Part shown: positions 52,658-64,000 of the stretch, piece by piece
How positions within the stretch are numbered: the first letter of the stretch is position 1
How the letters are laid out: each line of letters begins with the position of its first letter
Assembly: GCA_965153455.1 (NCBI GenBank)
Contig: OZ234494.1
Location: forward strand, 186,001-250,000
DNA from: Sphagnum compactum
Lineage: Eukaryota
Reading direction: 5' to 3'
Length of the DNA stretch: 64,000 bases
Made by a program: the position numbers and the translations under genes
The notes under the pieces: model-generated
Told to the model about the DNA's origin: nothing
Database searches by the model: none
Seen by the model: only the letters and a program-made list of their open reading frames with translations

Positions 52658-54594
52658 CTCTACTTTGGTGTAGAAGGGGGAGCATAACCTACCCACCCAC
52701 CAACACAACCCACCACGCACACAACCTACCCACACTACCCACCCGCATGTAATGAAGAGTAGACTCTCCTTCTTTTCTTAGCAAAACCCATTTTTTGTTG
52801 CCTCTTCTTCTACTTACTTCATAAACAACAACAATGCACAATGCCTCGTAAGAACTATATTTTAAGTTTGTTTTGTTGTTAAGCCAAAAGGTAAACGTTT
52901 CAAATTTCAACCTCCTTCACTTGGTTTGCACCAATATCCACATGATTTTTGGATAATTAATAAACTTTTTTTTTTTCCACAAGAGGTGTCAATCTTGAAG
53001 AACTTTTTTATTTTGCCTATTTCAAAAAGTGTGCAAATGTGTTTTTGGTGGGGCCATGAAAAATTCTTAAATCTAATGCTATAAACACAAAATCATAACT
53101 AGAATTCAAAGATGATGACACAAAAAGGATGTGTTATAAAATTCATTCTTTCTTAATTCTACCTTGCTCTTAAAACTTTATTATTAAGCTTAATCCACAC
53201 TCCCTAGGTGCAATTGTAGAAAAGGCAATTTTTTTTTTAAAGGTTACATTTGGATAAATTGTTTAATCAGATATAAGATATACATTGTTAAATAATGATG
53301 CAATTCAAATGTATATTTTATGATCTATGTTGGGGTTTTTAGTTTTGGATTGCTTACAATTGAAGTCGCACAAGTTTGCCATTTAAATATTAAGTCTAAT
53401 TTTGCCACTATTGAAAAATTCAAAAACTTAGGCCACATCTTGCCCAAATAAGGGCCTAATAGGTCTTACATAAGAGCTAACATCAAAATCATTCATAATA
53501 AAAAAACTAACCAAAGAAACTGGTTTTTCAACCCTAAACTCTAAAAACCTTACAAAATTACCTTGGTCAAATCCTTGATTATCATTTTTCATTGTTTTGT
53601 TAACAATACAGTAATCTATAAAATCACCTTGTTTTTAAACCTCAATTTCATCCTTTATCCATGATTCATCCCCAAGTGATGGTTACCTATAAGGTGTGCA
53701 AAATTTGGAAAAAAACAAAATCAAGGACAAAGTTCAAATGATTTCAAAGGTCGGTTTTTTTTCTAAAACATAAAAAGAATGCATGGTATTGTACTTTTTC
53801 ATGTGTTAATTTTTGTATTTCAACATGTGTTTTGACCTTTTGTTTGAATAACTTTACATATTTATCTAATATGAATACTATAATAACATCTTGGCAAGTC
53901 CAACGAATTTTCAATGTCAAAAATTATTTCAGTTGGAAGATTTTATTCTTGGAAATAAAATATTACAAATTCTTCCAAAAGATTTTTAAAAATTCCTTCA
54001 CAAAAAAATTTCCTTTGAATTTTTTTTTGGGATGAAAAATTTGAAAATATGAAAATATAAGATAATTGATGTGACTTGGCACAACTTGCTAGTGTAGCTA
54101 GACTAAAATCAGGTTCTTCAAATTTCATTATTTAGCATTTCCCGAGTCAAATAGAGTCAATAAAAGAGGCACCACTCAAGAAGGGGAAGGTAGGTACCTA
54201 CCAGAGTAGGTACCTGGTTCAGCATGGCCCTCCCTTGCCATCTGGTACTGCATTATTTAAAGTAGATTAGAAAATAGGTAAGAAGGTAGATAGGTAGGTA
54301 GTAGCTAGCTAGCTAGCGGGGCACATGATAGGTACATAATGAACTACCCTTTGTATCCGTGGGTTGACCCCAGGAACCAGCGGGGGACCGGCCATTACCG
54401 ACGACGACCTGGGCTGCCTGTTACTTCTGCGTTGCTGCTGGCTGGCTCGTTGGCTATGGCGTGTTGTTTCCCCCGTTGGCACGCTTCGCTTCTTCCGCGC
54501 CGCGTTTGTGTCTTTCCCCTGGGATTCGTCTTTCTATGCTACGGGGAGCTTCGGGCGGAAATGCGTGAAGGTTCGACTCAGGCAGTGGAGCTAG

Positions 54595-55623
54595 GTACGT
54601 TTTTCTTCTTCTCTTTTCTTTTTTCTTTTTTTTTTGTTTTTGGGACCTTTTCTATCCACGCCAAGTCGAATACAGTGCGGAATACTGCAGGAGATCAGAA
54701 ACAGCACGAGAGAGAGAGAAAGAGAGAGAAGTGACAGTAAGAAGAGTCTTCGACAAGGTGAAGAGAAGTCTTAGTTTGTATACCTAGTCGGGAATGGATT
54801 TACAAAGAAGCAAGCTGAAGCAAGAAAAATATATGCATAGTTTTGGGGGATGTACCTATGTATGTCTTTTGCAAAAACTAGAGTGAGTGAGTGAGGGTTC
54901 GATTTCAAATTTTTTTTTTGTTGGTTTTTGTGCGCCAGAATCAAAGGTACTCTGTGTCGGGGCAAGCTAAGCTAGTAAGCCGCACTGCCTGGGAGATTCG
55001 AAGCATTATAGAAAGGTATGACACTGCTTGCTTATAGAATGCACAGATCGCTAGCAGATCACTACAGAGATCCAGAAGGAAATAGGAGTGTGAAGGCATA
55101 GAGAGATTTGGAGATACAGAAAGTATGTGTATGTGTGTGTGTGTATTTTTGCATGGTCTTTTTAGTAGGATTGGAGGAACAAGCTAGATGTTTTTCTAGT
55201 GTGTTAGGAGCAGAGTATAGCCGGATGTTTGTACAATTAGTGAGCATGCTTGTTAATTGAACTTTAGACCAAAAGAGATGAAGCATGGTAGTCTATTTTG
55301 GTAACAATTGAACACAAAAAGTGAACACAAAAAAAGGTAAGGTTAAGAGTGAGATTAAAGTCTTAGTAGCTCAGAGAGGAGGAAGAAGTGGTTGTAAAAG
55401 TGGGAACCATCTTTTGTGTATTGTGGTGGCAAGAGGAATTTCAAGTGATAGAATATATCTAAAACCTACAATGAAATTGTTTTGACCACAATCACGGTAA
55501 AGTAAAATAATCTTTATGTCAATCAAGCTTTGAGAGAGAGGGGGGGAGTTATGGGGAAAGTGCATGATTTTTTAACCTCTTAGTGTACCTTAACATGTGT
55601 AAAAACAAAAAAGGTGGGAACAG
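54595..55623 (+). other. Putative 5'-UTR intron of the LRR gene
   Basis: AG|GTACGT donor after a CpG-rich segment (54360-54594), and CAG at 55621-55623 about 60 nt before the ATG. The acceptor is purine-rich, so this is uncertain. Confidence 0.4.
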
Positions 55624-55682
55624 ATCCAAACTAAAATGGAGTAAATCAACAAAGACCTCAAAAGGTTTCAAGAGTAGTCAAC

Positions 55683-58600
55683 ATGGCGACAAAGCTGAGT
55701 AGCAAACGCAAGGTGGCGAGGGACTTATCAACTCCTGTAGCTGATATTGTTGCCAAACTGCAAGAAAAGGATCTGAATGAAATACAAACATTTGAATTAA
55801 AATGCAAGGATGAGATGGTCCCTTTCGAATTTAAACATGCTGCCCTTCTCTCATTGGATTTCTCAGGGGGCTCGCAACTTAATGAGTTACCTACATTAAT
55901 TGACAAATCAACTACTCTTCAATCGTTGGATTTGTCAGGGTGTTCGGAGTTGAAGGAATTACCTACATCTATTCACAAATTGACAGCCCTTCAGTCGTTG
56001 AATTTGTCGGGGTGCTCAAAGTTGAAGGAATTATCAACATCTATTGACAAATTGACTGCCCTTGAGTCGTTGAATTTGTCGGGGTGTTCGCAATTGAAGG
56101 AGTTACCCACGTCTATTGACAAATTGATTGCCCTTCAGTCGTTGAATTTGTCGGGGTGCTCGCAGTTGAAGGAGTTACCAACATCTATTAACAAATTGAC
56201 TGCCCTTCGGTCGTTGAATTTGTCGGGGTGCTCGCAATTGAAGGAGTTACCCACGTCTATTGACAAATTGACTGCCCTTGCGTTGTTGAATTTGTCGGGG
56301 TGCTCGCAGTTGAAGGAGTTACCAACATCTATTGACAAATTGACTGCCCTTCGGTCGTTGAATTTATCAAGGTGCTCGCAGTTGAAGGAGTTACCCACAT
56401 CTATTGACAAATTGACTGCCCTCCGGTCGTTGAATTTGTCGGGGTGCTCGCAGTTGAAGGAGTTACCAACATCTATTGACAAATTGTTTGCCCTTGAGTC
56501 GTTGGATTTGTCAGGGTGCTTGGAGTTGAAGGAGTTACCCACATCTATTGACAAATTGACCTCCCTTGGGTCGTTGAATTTGTCAGGGTGCTTGGAGTTG
56601 AAGGAGTTACCAACATCTATTGACAAATTGACTGCCCTTGAGTCGTTGAATTTGTCGGGGTGCTCGCAGTTGAAGGAGTTACCCACGTCTATTCACAAAT
56701 TGACTGCCCTTTGGTCGTTGAATTTGTCGGAGTGCTCGCAGTTGAAGGAGTTACCAACATCTATTGACAAATTAACTGCCCTTTGGTCGTTGAATTTGTC
56801 GGGGTGCTGGCAATTGAAGGAGTTACCCACATCTATTGACAAATTGACTACCCTTGAGTTGTTGGATTTGTCGGGGTGCTCGCAGTTGAAGGAGTTACCA
56901 ACATCTATTCATAAATTAACTGCCCTTTCGTCGTTGAATTTGTCAAGGTGCTCGCAATTGAAGGAGTTACCCACATCTATTGACAAATTGACTGCCCTTC
57001 GATCATTGAATTTGTCGGGGTGCTCGCAGTTGAAGGAGTTACCAACATCTATTAACAAATTGACTGCCCTTGACTTGTTGGATTTGTCAGGGTGCTCGCA
57101 GTTGAAGGAGTTACTAACATCTATTGACAAATTGATTGCCCTTCGGTCGTTGAATTTGTCGGGGTCCTTGCAATTGAAGGAGTTACCCACATCTATTGGC
57201 AAATTGATTGCCCTTCAATCATTGAATATATCGGGGTGCTTGGAGTTGAAGGAATTACCCACATCTATTGACAAATTGACTCGCCTTGGGTCATTGAATT
57301 TGTCGGGGTGCTTGCAGTTGAAGGAGTTACCCACATCTATTGGCAAATTGACTGCCCTTCAATCGTTGAATTTATCGGGGTGCTTGGAGTTGAAGGAGTT
57401 ACCCACATCTATTGACAAATTGACTCGCCTTGGGTCATTGAATTTGTCGGGGTGCTTGCAGTTGAAGGAGTTACCCACATCTATTGACAAATTGACCTCC
57501 CTTGGGTCGTTGAATTTGTCGGGGTGCTTAGAGTTGAAGGAGTTACCAACATCTATTGACAAATTGATTGCCCTTGACTTGTTGGATTTGTCAGGGTGCT
57601 TGGAGTTGAAGGAGTTACCAACATCTATTGACAAATTGACTCGCCTTCGGTCGTTGAATTTGGCGGGGTGGTCGCAGTTGAAGGAATTACCCACATCTAT
57701 TAACAAATTGACTGCCCTTGACTCGTTGGATTTGTCCGGGTGGTCGCAGTTGAAGGAGTTACCCACATCTATTGACAGATTGATTGCCCTTTGGTCGTTG
57801 AATTTGTCGGGGTGCTTGGAGTTGAAGGAGTTACCCACATCTATTGACAAATTGACTTGCCTTGGGTCATTGAATTTGTCGGGGTGCTTGTAGTTGAAGG
57901 AGTTACCAATATCTATTGACAAATTGACTGCCCTTGACTCGTTGGATTTGTCAGGGTGCTCACAGTTGAAAGAGTTACCCACATCTATTTACAAATTGAC
58001 TACCCTTCGATCGTTGAATATGTCGGGGTGGTCGCAGTTGAAGGAGTTACCCACATCTATTGACAAATTGACTACCCTTTGGTCGTTGAATTTGTCGGGG
58101 TGCTTACAGTTGAAGGAGTTACCAACATCTCTTGACAAATTGATTGCCCTTCGGTCGTTGAATTTGTCAGGTTGCTCGCAGTTGAAGGAGTTACCAACAT
58201 CTATTGACAAATTGATTGCCCTTGAGTCGTTGGATTTGTCAGGGTGCTCACAGTTGAAGGAGTTACCAACATCTATTCATAAATTGACTGCCCTTCGGTT
58301 GTTGAATTTGTCAGGGTGCTCGCAGTTGAAGGAGTTATCCACATTTATTGACAAATTGATTGCCCTTGGGTTGTCGAAGGAATTATTTATGGCTTCAGTT
58401 TCTAATCATCATGTTCTAGATGTTGAACGGAATGATGAAACATTTAGTAGCATTGACTTTGAACTTGGTGGAGATGTTGGTGTTGGTACCTTGCAAAGCC
58501 AAGCAACTTCTAAGTTTGCAGAACATAGCACAATCTTGAAAATCACTGAAGTACTTGACAAGGTCATTACGAGTGCTCAAGAACTTGTAGATTCACAGAA

Positions 58601-60350
58601 TGGAGGAAACTCAATCAAGGTGGTTGGAAGACAAGATAAGACGGCAAATGCCTATGAGTTTTTCTTCCAATCAGCAGAATGCATGAGCAAGGTTGTAGGA
58701 ATGGGATTGGAGTGGGCAAAGGTGATTGTTTGCATGGAATTTGGCACTGTCAAGGTGTTGTCTATAAATGAAAGTGCATGGCAAGACTCATGGCACCAAG
58801 TGGAAGAAGATGTTGTAGTGTTGAGCATTGACCTTGCAAACATTAGAAAGGAAGGGCGCAACATTTACAACTTAACAGCAGAGGAAGCATCAAAGAAGTT
58901 TGGGGTTGGTGTACATCCACAGGGTCCTGATTATAATCATGGTGGAGTAAATGCATTTTTTGTTGAGGAGAAGCGAAAAGATGTTGCATTCTATCCCCTC
59001 ATATGGGAGCTCGCACATTACATGGCTTGGAATTGCAAGCAACATGCAGGAGCTGAATCTAGAAACAGTGGAGCTCGCTCTTTGTGGGGATTTTGGGGAC
59101 CCACAACTAGCTCTCAATCCAAAGGATCCTCATTCAATAATCAAGCTGGAGATGGTGTTGTTGATAATTTTGGGGCTCTTGCAAATCTGTGTGATGTTTC
59201 TTCTAATGTTGCAATAGACCCAAAGAAGGACAAGACCTTGATTGTAACTGTCTATCTACCCACAGAAAAAATTTGCAACCCACAGAATATGGCTGAATCA
59301 CAGCTTGATGATCGAATCAAAAATGCATCTACCTACGCTAACTTGGAGTTCAGATTTGAGTTGCTTCAAGATGACACAATCAAGAAGATGACGATCAAAA
59401 CTCATACACACTGCAACCTTGGGAACAGTGAACCAGAATCGAAGGATAGAGGATACCTTGGGTATTACCAAAATGAGATCAAAATCTCCTTGAGTTGTAC
59501 TGGAAAGAACACTGATGGATCAAAGGCTGCACGGCTTATGGATTCAGTAACAATCCCCAATTCTGAAGATATAACAAGGAGTGAATGTGACACATACGGT
59601 AAATCAGAATCTTGTGCCAAGCAAAAGTCTCACCAAATTAATGGACAAGTAACATTTAATCCTATGAACATAGTGACTGTTGGGGGTGCTATGCAACGAG
59701 GTCAAAATCAGACAAACACTTTGGGCAATTTTACATCACATGCAAGTACATCTCAAGTGACTATTGCCAATTATGGATCTGGGTATGTGTGGAGCCCTTC
59801 TGAACAAGAAGAATCTTGGAACTGCAAATTTTCATCTCAGCACAAGGTCCTGGACCACATAAAGCAAGGAGATGATGGTGCCTACAAAAGGCTCGAGAAC
59901 TCTCGGATTTTTAAGACATTGTGGCCAATCATTGTATCCGTCTGGGGTAACTTAAATAATAATGAGTCCTGCCCCTATGAATTTAAGATTGAACGAGATA
60001 TCATCTCAATCCAAGATGAGATCAAACGTTGATCCATCCAAGCCATCCAAGATCATTCTCGAACACCAACATTTGTTCCAACAGCAAAACCAAAGCTTCA
60101 ACACTCTTGGTGCTTTTGGTTGAAGAAAAAAACCCTGGCAGCTTCGCAAAATTTTCAAGTTCCAGAGATTAGCACACAAAGTCAAAATCTGCAACAGGTG
60201 TATGAAAAAACAATGTGTGTAAATATTGCAATGACACATGTCATACATGAATTTAAGCGATTGGAATTGCATGGTCAAGAGAACAAGCCAGATACTGGAA
60301 TAACAATTGGTGTGCAGGATCCACCGCAAGTTAATGCAGAAACAGGATAG
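55683..60350 (+). pseudogene. LRR(35) - unknown domain - putative beta-pore-forming domain protein; 1555-codon frame with two nonsense codons
   Basis: ORFs 55683-57893, 57894-60032 and 60033-60350 are all in one frame, separated only by TAG (57891) and TGA (60030). No NB-ARC, TIR, kinase, signal peptide or TM helix seen. Confidence 0.85.
55845..58364 (+). repeat. 35 x 72-bp coding tandem repeat (LxSLNLSGCSQLKELPTSIDKLTA)
   Basis: The CTT codon at 55845 recurs in register at 58365 (35 x 72), so there is no net indel. Confidence 0.97.
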
Positions 60351-60862
60351 AAGCTAAGTTATAGCGTAATTTTGACTATTTTTAATTATGCACATGTCAT
60401 CTTACAGGTGTTTAGTGTACAATAATCTATGTTGTGTAGTGGGAATGTTCATAACAATAATATTTTAGGACTTCCACCAGGGCATGGTATTTGTGTTTTT
60501 TTCATGTTGTCACTGTCAGTGAGCCACTTGTTGGCAAAACTGAAGTACATATGTGTTTCCTATGGTTCTAAACTTGCTCTAGTGTACCATTGTGTACAAT
60601 TAGAACTTTGCCAATGCTAGCAATACATTTCAATATATTATGACCAGACTCACCTAAATTGAGATTGGTGGGTCATATTTTGAGCTTAAGCAAAATTGTG
60701 CTATGAGCTGTTGTCATGGGAAAATATTGGCTCCTTACCTGGCTGATACTGGAATAGGTGCAGGTTTCATTCTAGTGACGATGATAGTCGGAACTGGTTT
60801 ATATAGACCAGGTAGAGGGTTTTTTTTTTGTCACTAAGACAATTACATCATGGTCGTTGACC

Positions 60863-61841
60863 ATGACAATTACAAATGGTCACCTGGTTTCCAAGGTGGG
60901 AAACAAACTGAGGAGAGGGAAGTTGGTAGCGGTTGTTGCTGATGATGATGGTGCTGCTGATTCCAATGGAGCTTCTTCCGGTGATGGAAAAGATGTCGCT
61001 CCCACAGCTCCAGACTGTGAATCTATCGTAAGTCTTCTCTCTCTCTGTGTCTGCATCAGTGTGTGTGTGTGTGTCCCTTTCCTTTCCTAACCCTAAACCC
61101 TAATTCTGGACACTTTTTAAATACTAATCTGCTACCTTTAATTGGCATCTTGTTTCCGATTTCCAGTCTCCACATGTGTTTCTTGAGATCGCAGAAGAAG
61201 AAGAAGAAATAGAGGAGAAGCTGTGGATGTTGTTGCAGAATTCTTCATTACCAATGCCTTCTCTTTAATGAATTAGGGTTGTGGTTTTAGGAGGTGTACA
61301 CAAATCCACTTCCAGGATGCTTTGCTGTTTATGTTTTAGGGTTCATATTCTTTCCTGTATTGATGACATATATCATTCCTTATTCTGTTTTTCCAGAAGC
61401 TTTCTTTATTACCAAATGTATATACTTTATATGGTTTCCTGAATTTTCACAGAGATTTGTATTGTGATGATGTTTTTTGAACTTTGTAGTTGAAGAGTCG
61501 AAGGGAAATGCTACTGGAGTACGTGAAGAATGTCCAACCTGAATTCATGGAGCGCTTTGTCAAGCGAGCTCCAAACCAGGTGCAGGATTTCCTCTGTTGT
61601 TTGGCCAACCAGATTGATCTTATGCAAAATTCTCAGCAAGATGTATGAATTCACCCATGCAGAGAATGCATCGACAAACACACAAGTGCATGTTTGCCTT
61701 GTAGAAAAGCCACATAAAAAGAAATATCTTGTAGTCAGAAGATGTACATTGATGTAATTGTCAAACCTTTTGCTTAAAAGCATTCTGTGTTTCTGAGAGC
61801 AGGTGGTGGAGGTGATGCGTCAGACTGTGACAAATATGCTC
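60863..61841 (+). pseudogene. DUF760 (UV-B-induced At3g17800/At1g32160 family) gene, truncated in exon 3
   Basis: Exons ~60863-61027, 61490-61579 (LKSRREMLLEYVKNVQPEFMERFVKRAPNQ) and 61803- (VVEVMRQTVTNML). Homology stops before the expected GTLPPQFF. Confidence 0.8.
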
Positions 61842-62241
61842 TGCTTTATAATTGTCTCTACTTTATTCACCCCCGGAGGCCTCAGAGAAGCCTGTTACTG
61901 GATGGACATCCTCAAAAGCTGCCTTGCAGTCCAAAAGGGAAGGGCTAACACAGGGCAAGCTGGACTCATCAATGTATGGATCAACAAGTCCAGGATTGCA
62001 GATGGAGGTGACCAGCAAACCAAGGATGAAGTAAGTAGAGTCATGATTGGCATTCTTGACAGATGACTTCAAAAAATCATCTGGCATTACAGTTCTTGAG
62101 AGAGATTGAGGCTGGTCCCTTTGCCTTTGTTGAATGAGGCTGCTGAACACAAGCTTGTGCATTAATTTGGACACTTATCACTGGGTGCGCTGGTGGTGAG
62201 TAGGCAAACTTGAGAGATCGTGTTGAGGAGTTGAACAAAGG

Positions 62242-62288
62242 TTTAGGGTTTAGGGTTTAGGGTTTTAGGGTAAAATCCTAAACCCTAG
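62242..62288 (+). repeat. Interstitial telomere-like tract: (TTTAGGG)3, TTTTAGGG, then inverted cctaaaccctag
   Basis: Read directly from the sequence. Confidence 0.85.
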
Positions 62289-62625
62289 TGAAAGTAGTGA
62301 AGTACCTTGATTTTACGGATATTTTTGTAGAGATGAGAAAATGCCTAATATATCCAGTGACTTCTCTGGATTGATTATTTCCAGATAAAACATATACAAA
62401 GTTGGGCAAGAACACAAGGTATTTTGCTCAACTACAGGGTTCTCTTTCAAAGTGTAGATCATTCGTGTCATGATGTTGGCAGCCAATGTTTTGAGAAGAC
62501 ATAGACAAGCTCAAAGCTGTGTGTCTAAGTACTTTCACAAGTAGCTTCCAAATTTCTGACCCAAGTGACAGTCCTCACTTATGGACTTGTAAATGTCAAT
62601 TATAGGGATGGTTCTCAATTTACAG

Positions 62626-63616
62626 GAGAGTCAATCATATTGTGGATTGAACATATCTAGATTTCTTGGCTACAAGGTGGTGGCACATTGATTGTCATAC
62701 TTGGTTGGGAATAAGTGCCACAATGTTTTTCTCTTTATTTCAGTTTGCAATATTGGATACATTGATGTCTCATGTTCAGAGCTAAACGATGTGTTGGTCA
62801 TGACTGTTGGGGATCAATCAATATCTGAACTTAAAGTTCATAAAGTACACTCAGATGCTTGTGTTTCGGTGATGTTGCTGAGTCAAGTGTGATAGCACAA
62901 AATTCTGGAGGGAGTTGGTTTCTTGAATTTGTTTTGAAGTTGAACAAAAGTTTTGTGTCTCTCAGAGCTGAATATCTGACATTTTTGTGAGTGACTCAAG
63001 TGCACTCAAGTGTCATGTTACCTTTCAAAGTGTTGTTGTGGAGATTTCAAAGGATTGTACAGGAAAGCCATGACAAGCCATAGCCACCTGCACTTCAAGT
63101 TGGATGGCATGGATTTCCTATGCCAGAAGAGCTTGGACCATTTATGAGCTTGGCTAGTCAGTGATTATGAGATGTGCTCTTGGCATGGTACATGATTTTC
63201 ATCTAACAGTTTGCTAACCTATGACAACAATATATGGGGATGGGTGACCCATTGTAATGTTCACTGATTTAGCACTTGCAGTATAATATTTATGCAGCTT
63301 GGAATGAGTCTTGTTGGGAAGCTGAAGTTGGCCCCTTAACTAGAGTCTGTTTTCAATGACTACAATAATTGTTCAATACCCTATGCACAGAACAATTTTT
63401 GTTGCAGTTAGTTCACTTCACTTCCACTTAGTTGAGGTTGTAAATGCAGAGAATGTACACTTTAGCAGCAAAGGCAGCAGCAGGCATGGGGACAGAGTTA
63501 TTCATCCTTCCTGAACGCATCATACAATGATGATGTTAGAACTTCCATTCATTGGAAAGCCTTCTCGAGAATCCTCAAGTTACCTTTGCTGTTGAAGATG
63601 CTCATGAAATTTACAA
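62626..63616 (+). pseudogene. Unidentified exon-like remnants (62626-62676; ~63469-63616)
   Basis: AG/GT-bounded segments reading RVNHIVD*TYLDFLAT and ...SLESLLENPQVTFAVEDAHEIY, with a stop and a frameshift. Family not recognised. Confidence 0.3.
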
Positions 63617-64000
63617 GTATGTTCTTTCAATCCAAATTCAACATTTCATCCATTAATTTTCATTTATAAAATTATTCTTTTTTTATACAGTGTGAACATA
63701 AACAAAAGCTACCTTCACATAGGTTGTTACATGAATACCATCTCTTTTCTTTTTCAAACATCATCATAAAACAAAAAAAAACTAATGCTCACAATTCAAG
63801 GCTTTTAACATGTTTTAATAAATCCCCAATTTCATAATAATAAATTGAATTTGAATCAAAATACTATTATAAACATCAAAAGATTTATATTCATGAAACA
63901 TAATTCTTTGCAATATATACCACGGTTAGTATTGTAATGCTAATGAATCTAATATTTTTAAAAATGAATTCCATGGTCTTTATTGATGTAATTATGATGA

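Noticed and set aside
56135-58210. Minus-strand repetitive ORFs (NSFNCEHPDKFND...)
   Set aside because: Antisense shadows of the LRR repeat.
55683-60350. Canonical NLR or programmed stop-codon readthrough
   Set aside because: No P-loop/NB-ARC, TIR or CC is visible in or upstream of the frame. The stop contexts (TAG-TTG, TGA-TCC) do not match the CARYYA readthrough motif.

Overview
AT-rich, intron-containing eukaryotic plant DNA. The repeat families and gene types suggest a bryophyte such as Sphagnum (inference only). Of about nine recognisable genes or gene fragments, only a 10-exon mitochondrial carrier (MTM1-like, 33884-37163, minus) reconstructs as intact. The others carry stops, frameshifts, broken splice sites or truncations: tRNA 2'-phosphotransferase, plastid-type aldolase, GRWD1-like WD40, a PHD/Tudor gene, queuosine-salvage QNG1, an organic cation transporter and DUF760. 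The most striking object is a single 4.67-kb intronless reading frame (55683-60350, two in-frame nonsense codons). It encodes exactly 35 tandem 24-aa LRRs, an unknown middle domain, and a C-terminal beta-rich domain that by eye resembles a beta-barrel pore-forming toxin (leukocidin/alpha-hemolysin or aerolysin type). This is a candidate LRR-sensor/pore-former immune protein with no NB-ARC. Also present: a gypsy-like LTR with a nested solo LTR; elements ending in hairpin + ATCATA(CGCG)TAGG that bracket intron-containing gene fragments; hAT, mariner and PIF-like MITEs; a truncated non-LTR retroelement end; minisatellites; and an interstitial telomere tract. All homology calls are from memory and manual translation; no searches were run.
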